From Acidobacteriota bacterium (GTDB lineage Bacteria > Acidobacteriota > UBA890 > WLXD01): a stretch of 64,000 bases of DNA. Below are positions 59,444-64,000 of the stretch, piece by piece. The stretch covers positions 1,216,001-1,280,000 of the forward strand of contig CBDFKD010000002.1 of the NCBI GenBank assembly GCA_965248695.1. Reading direction: 5' to 3'. The position numbers and the translations under genes were made by a program. The notes beneath the pieces were generated by a model. It was not told where the DNA came from, ran no database searches, and was given only the letters and a program-made list of their open reading frames with translations. Positions within the stretch are counted from its first letter, which is position 1; the number at the start of each line of letters is the position of its first letter.

Positions 59444-61672
59444 TCAATCCGTTGGCGGGCTCACCCAAACCGGAACATCCCGCTCGATCGTCACTCCCGA
59501 CACCATGTCGTTGACGTTGACCACGAAGGTGTAGAAACCGCTGGGGAGACCGGTCGGCAGCAGCGCGTTGACCAGCATCTGCGTGGCCCCGGTAGCCGGG
59601 TCGCGCATGCTTCCCACCACCTCGGCCGTGTCGAGCGCCATGGGCTCGCCCTCGGGCGGCCGTAGTCGCACGCCCACCGCCGACTGCGTCTGACCGGTGA
59701 ACGGGTTGGGCACCAGGTTGTGCACCACCAGATACAGCTGCTGCATGGAGCCGGGCGGGCCCGCGGCGCGCGCCGTGGGGGTGAGCTCGGTGTCGCCGAT
59801 AACGAACGGGTACGCAACCGGACCGTCCGCCTTGGTTGGCGGCGGTGCAGCCGGATCGATGCCGCGTACGATCAACCCGGGATGCTGCCAGTCGATCGCC
59901 ACCGGACCGGCGACCGCAAGTCCGGGCTCGGTGTAATTCGGCACGTCCGTATCGATGTTGAAGGCGCTGATTCGACCCACTTCGTTGTCGCGCACGATCA
60001 CTCGTACCTGTCGGCTACCGGCGCGCGACCACAGCAGATCGTAAAAGCGTAGCGGGAGTCCGGCGACCGGCGAGCTGCGCATCGACTCCATATCGAGGCC
60101 GACCTGCCCGTTGGACAAGTCGAGCATGGATCCGTCGTCCGCGAGCACGTAGCTGAAGATCTCCAGCTCGACGCGGTTGTCCTCACCACTACTCTCGAGA
60201 TCCTCCAGCTGTTCCCAGGGAACCTCTACCACCGTCGCCACTCGGCTCACCTCGCCGTCGCCGACGAACGGAACGGTGGTCATGTCGAACGTCATGTCGC
60301 GATCGACGATCCCCTTGGTGATGAACTCGGCGAGCTGTGCCTGTCGCTGCATCGGGTTCATGTCGGTGTATGCGATCGGCGAGGCCAGGCTCTCCGGGGC
60401 CCACGACACCTCCACATCGGACCCCGTCGTCTCGACATCGATGTCGAGGACACCGGAGTCGTCGCGCTGACGCGCGAAGGCGAGCACGTAGTAGGCGCGT
60501 GTAGAGCGCTCCAGCTCGCCGAGTGCGCTGCTGAGATCGTTGGTGTCCCAGGTAGTCGTGCCGCCAGTCTCGGCCGCGAAGGCGTTGAGCGCACTGCGCG
60601 ACGAGCCGCGCTGGTCGAAGGTACCGGCCGCGATCCCACCGGCAGCGAGACCGGCATTGCGCCCTCCGCCCACGCCACTGGGATCGACCACGTGGATGAC
60701 GGCGTCGGCAGCACGCAGCTCGTCGAAGCTGTCATCGAGCGCTGAGCGCACTTCGGCGCTACCGAAACGCTCTTCGACGTCGGAAGCGGCCAGCGCCTCG
60801 CCCGCATTGCTCTGAATGGCGGCGGTCGTGGCAGCAAGCTGATCAAGTGACTGGCCGGTGATCACCCGATCGTCGAAGCCGGTGGAAAAGAAGACGACGT
60901 GCTTGCGACCGCGGATCGCCTGCAGCATCTGACCGAGGGCTCCAACCTGTTCGGCGTAGCTCGCTACCACACCGGTGTACTGTTGAAACTCGAGCGAGGC
61001 GACGTTGCGAACCAACTCTCCGGCAACCTCGGCACCGCGGGTCGGGTCCTGATCCGGCTGCAACGCCGTCTCGAGCTCGCCGGCTATGAAGCCGGCGCGA
61101 TCGATGGTGCGGCTTGCCTGCACCAATCCGAGACCGGCGACGCCTTCGAGCACCTGTCGTCGATCGCGCGTCAGCGGCACGAGCAAACGCACCCCACTGA
61201 CCGTGGAGAAGGTCGCCACGCCCACGAGGTCGCGCTGATGCACCTGGGTCCGAATGAACTCCTGCGCCGACTGTTGGGCGGCCAGCACCCCGCGCGGCGT
61301 ATTGAATCCGACGTCGAAGAACAGTACCCACTGACGCCACGCAGCCGGCGGCATGGCGTCGAGATCGACCATGCCGCCTTCATCGCCGCGGCCCAAATCG
61401 ACCTCATAGACGGTGGTCAGTTCGCGCTCCTTGCCGTCTACGCGTAGCCGGAAATCAGAGGTCCCGAGCCGCGAGGCGAAGTTGCCCGAGCGGTCGGCCA
61501 CCGACACCTGCAACTGAACAACTTCGACGCGGCTACGGAACTGTGGCCGTTGCTGCGCCATCGATAGCGGCGCCGAGGCGACCGTCATGGTTAGGAGCGT
61601 GACTACCAGCCATCGCGTACCGATGGACAGATCACGACTGTAAGAGTTCACCAGCACGCCAGGACGTCTCAT
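59444..61672 (-). CDS. Secreted VWA-domain protein (acidobacterial VWFA-related type)
   Basis: QFRSRVEVVQLQVSVADR, VLFFDV, GRKHVVFFSTGF, AAETGG, YYVLAF. Confidence 0.85.
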   Translation of the reverse strand: MRRPGVLVNSYSRDLSIGTRWLVVTLLTMTVASAPLSMAQQRPQFRSRVEVVQLQVSVADRSGNFASRLGTSDFRLRVDGKERELTTVYEVDLGRGDEGGMVDLDAMPPAAWRQWVLFFDVGFNTPRGVLAAQQSAQEFIRTQVHQRDLVGVATFSTVSGVRLLVPLTRDRRQVLEGVAGLGLVQASRTIDRAGFIAGELETALQPDQDPTRGAEVAGELVRNVASLEFQQYTGVVASYAEQVGALGQMLQAIRGRKHVVFFSTGFDDRVITGQSLDQLAATTAAIQSNAGEALAASDVEERFGSAEVRSALDDSFDELRAADAVIHVVDPSGVGGGRNAGLAAGGIAAGTFDQRGSSRSALNAFAAETGGTTTWDTNDLSSALGELERSTRAYYVLAFARQRDDSGVLDIDVETTGSDVEVSWAPESLASPIAYTDMNPMQRQAQLAEFITKGIVDRDMTFDMTTVPFVGDGEVSRVATVVEVPWEQLEDLESSGEDNRVELEIFSYVLADDGSMLDLSNGQVGLDMESMRSSPVAGLPLRFYDLLWSRAGSRQVRVIVRDNEVGRISAFNIDTDVPNYTEPGLAVAGPVAIDWQHPGLIVRGIDPAAPPPTKADGPVAYPFVIGDTELTPTARAAGPPGSMQQLYLVVHNLVPNPFTGQTQSAVGVRLRPPEGEPMALDTAEVVGSMRDPATGATQMLVNALLPTGLPSGFYTFVVNVNDMVSGVTIERDVPVWVSPPTD

Positions 61673-61692
61673 TTTCGTCGCCGAATGAGACG

Positions 61693-62136
61693 CTACTTGC
61701 GCATCGCGGCGGCGAGGGAATCGATGTAGAGGTCTACGCCGCTGCCGAGCTCGTACGCCTGGCGAGCGTCACCACCGCTGGACAGCGCGGCGATGACTTG
61801 CTGATCCCGTTCCAGAACCAGGTCGCGGAGGCTGGCCCGGGCAGCATGACTGATGGCCGCGGACGCGGTCCTGCGCCGCACGACACGCCGAGTCCGCGTG
61901 CGCCGAACCTTGCGCCGGCCATTGCCGACTTTCTTGCGCTTCTTGGTTCCGGAACGACGCTTGATCGGTACCACATATGTGGCATTGAAGCTGCGCGTCG
62001 ACTGCTTGCGCACCGACTTGTCTGCGCGCTCCGCTACCTTGCGGAAATCATCAGTCGTGGCGTCCGGGTTCTTAGCATACAGTCGCGCGACCGCTGCCTT
62101 CACTTTCTCGATAGCTGGCATGGATTCTGGCCTCAT
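61693..62136 (-). CDS. Highly basic small protein
   Basis: Central KRRSGTKKRKK..RRKVRRTRTRRVVRRR tract. Confidence 0.7.
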   Translation of the reverse strand: MRPESMPAIEKVKAAVARLYAKNPDATTDDFRKVAERADKSVRKQSTRSFNATYVVPIKRRSGTKKRKKVGNGRRKVRRTRTRRVVRRRTASAAISHAARASLRDLVLERDQQVIAALSSGGDARQAYELGSGVDLYIDSLAAAMRK

Positions 62137-62342
62137 CTATGTGGGGAACTTGACGCGGTCGTGACTCGCACTACGAATAACGCCTGCTTTCAAAGAACTC
62201 ACGCGCGTCCCAAAGCCCGCCGAGTCTACGCCGGTCAGTCAGGCTCTGCAAATGCGATTTCTCTGTTGCGAACGAGGTTCGGCGCTATCGAGCGTCGATA
62301 CAATGTGCACATCGAGAAACTCTCCAAGAGGAGCGCACTGCC

Positions 62343-63800
62343 TTGCCTGATCGTCGCGCTGTTTGCGTGTGGTTGATTCTCCTGCCCGCCGGTATGTACG
62401 CCAACACATCGAACGCGTCAATGTGGCCCACGGCACAAGAAGCCAAGGAACAGATCTCGCAGGCACTCGAGTCCCGCGGCCAGCGATACGCGGAGATCGC
62501 CCAGCAGATCTGGGAGTTGGCCGAGGTCGGGTACCAGGAGGAACGCAGCTCACAGTTGCTGCAGTGGGAACTGGAGGAATCGGGTTTCGCCGTGCAAGCC
62601 GGCGTCGCCGGTATACCGACCGCGTTTGTCGCCAGCTACGGATCCGCGGAACCGGTGGTTGGAATCCTGGCGGAATTCGACGCGCTGCCCGGACTGTCGC
62701 AGGCCGCCGTGCCCGAGCGTCAGGCGCTGGAGTCAGACGCCGGCCACGCGTGCGGCCATCATCTGTTCGGCACCGCCTCGACCGGGGCGGCGATCGCGGT
62801 GCGCGATTGGCTCGCGGCGACCGGCGCCAGCGGCACCATTCGTCTGTATGGGACTCCGGCGGAGGAGGGCGGTGCCGGCAAGGTCTATATCGCACGGGCG
62901 GGACTATTCGACGATGTCGACGTGGCGCTGCACTGGCACCCCGCCGACCGCAATGACGCCAGCCCCGGTAACAGTCTGGCCAACAAGTCGGCAAAGTTTC
63001 GCTTCCATGGCCAGTCGACGCACGCCGCGGCGGCGCCCGAACGTGGCCGATCGGCGCTCGACGGAGTGGAGGCCATGAACCACATGGTCAACCTGATGCG
63101 CGAGCACGTACCGCAGGAAACACGCATTCATTACGTGATCACACACGGTGGGCGCGCCCCGAATGTGGTACCCGAGTTCGCCGAGGTCTACTACTACGTC
63201 CGTCATCCGGACGTGGCAACCGCCAAGGAGCTTTTCGATCGGGTGGCTCAGGCCGCAGAGGGAGCTGCTCTGGGCACCGGCACCCGGTTGGAGTACGAGA
63301 TCATTCACGGCATTTACAACCTGCTGCCCAACGAGACCCTCGGGCGACTGATGGACTCCAACCTCCGACGGCTCGGCGGGGTCACCTACGACGATCGTGA
63401 GCGCGAGTTCGCCGAGATGATCCGTCCGACTCTCGGTGCCACTGACATCGCCATGGGGTCGGAAGAGGAGATCCAGCCGTTCGAGATCAAGGACGGCGGT
63501 GGCTCGACCGATGTCGGCGACATCAGCTGGCTGGTTCCGACCGCCGGGCTCGATGCCGCGACCTGGGTACCGGGAACCTCGGCGCACTCCTGGCAGGCTG
63601 TCGCGGCGGGCGGCACCAGCATCGGCACCAAGGGCATGTTGCTGGCGGCGGAGACCCTGGCATGGACGGCGGTGGATCTGTTTCTCGACCCGTCTCAGGT
63701 AGCCGCCGCCCGTGAGGAATTAGAGCGCCGGCGCGGCGCGGACTTTGTCTATGAGGCGCTCGTCGGCGACCGTGATCCGCCGCTCGACTACCGTCAGTAG
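62343..63800 (+). CDS. M20 amidohydrolase, AbgB-like
   Basis: EFDALPGLSQ, GHACGHHLFG, PAEEGG, GSTDVGD; start uncertain. Confidence 0.9.
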   Translation: MPDRRAVCVWLILLPAGMYANTSNASMWPTAQEAKEQISQALESRGQRYAEIAQQIWELAEVGYQEERSSQLLQWELEESGFAVQAGVAGIPTAFVASYGSAEPVVGILAEFDALPGLSQAAVPERQALESDAGHACGHHLFGTASTGAAIAVRDWLAATGASGTIRLYGTPAEEGGAGKVYIARAGLFDDVDVALHWHPADRNDASPGNSLANKSAKFRFHGQSTHAAAAPERGRSALDGVEAMNHMVNLMREHVPQETRIHYVITHGGRAPNVVPEFAEVYYYVRHPDVATAKELFDRVAQAAEGAALGTGTRLEYEIIHGIYNLLPNETLGRLMDSNLRRLGGVTYDDREREFAEMIRPTLGATDIAMGSEEEIQPFEIKDGGGSTDVGDISWLVPTAGLDAATWVPGTSAHSWQAVAAGGTSIGTKGMLLAAETLAWTAVDLFLDPSQVAAAREELERRRGADFVYEALVGDRDPPLDYRQ

Positions 63801-63869
63801 CGACGTGCGCACGGCAGGCTCGCCGGGTGACAATGGAGCACATTGTCCCCTGACAACCAGCGCTCGCGA

Positions 63870-64000
63870 ATGAACGGAGCCCAAGCAGGCGCGCGGCGCG
63901 CCGTGATCGCGCTGGCACTGATCAGCGCAGTAGGCCCGAGCTCGGTAGCGGTACCGACGGTGGACAGTGATCGGCTGACCGTCGAGGCATACGCAGCCGG
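63870..64000 (+). CDS. Start of a probable secreted protein, runs off the right edge
   Basis: MNGAQAGARRAVIALALISAVG signal-like N-terminus. Confidence 0.45.
   Translation, partial: MNGAQAGARRAVIALALISAVGPSSVAVPTVDSDRLTVEAYAA

Overview
GC-rich bacterial window whose gene content (VWA-domain protein, Ser/Thr kinases with propeller domains, WKEIA-type HTH-membrane regulator, sulfatase-like proteins) suggests an Acidobacteriota-like host; this is an inference. Positions 1-6940 are a prophage-like remnant: a DNA methyltransferase-HNH fusion, a Zn-ribbon membrane protein, a DUF4041/T5orf172 gene coupled to an Mrr-associated-like gene, a divergent cI/cro-like switch and small early ORFs. A ~65-nt repeat with covarying hairpins lies upstream of two of these genes. 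Positions 6941-18570 are an IS graveyard: three copies of one IS3-family (IS407-group) element, two IS256 remnants, other IS3 ends, and broken pilC/gspF, RND, DUF885 and TonB-receptor genes. Positions 18.5-64 kb are mostly chromosomal: RND-MFP-RND, wecE/wecD split by a hicBA module, oxidoreductases, kinases, sulfatase-like proteins, msrB, an FG-GAP protein, a VWA protein and an M20 amidohydrolase. The most striking feature is an intact 2186-bp IS1-family transposon (52414-54599) with perfect 19-bp TIRs and an 8-bp TSD. Besides two uncharacterised ORFs, it carries a non-canonical 8/4 or 9/3 allo-tRNA-like gene whose best-fitting anticodon is UUA (ochre). It inserted into the signal-peptide codons of the FG-GAP gene.
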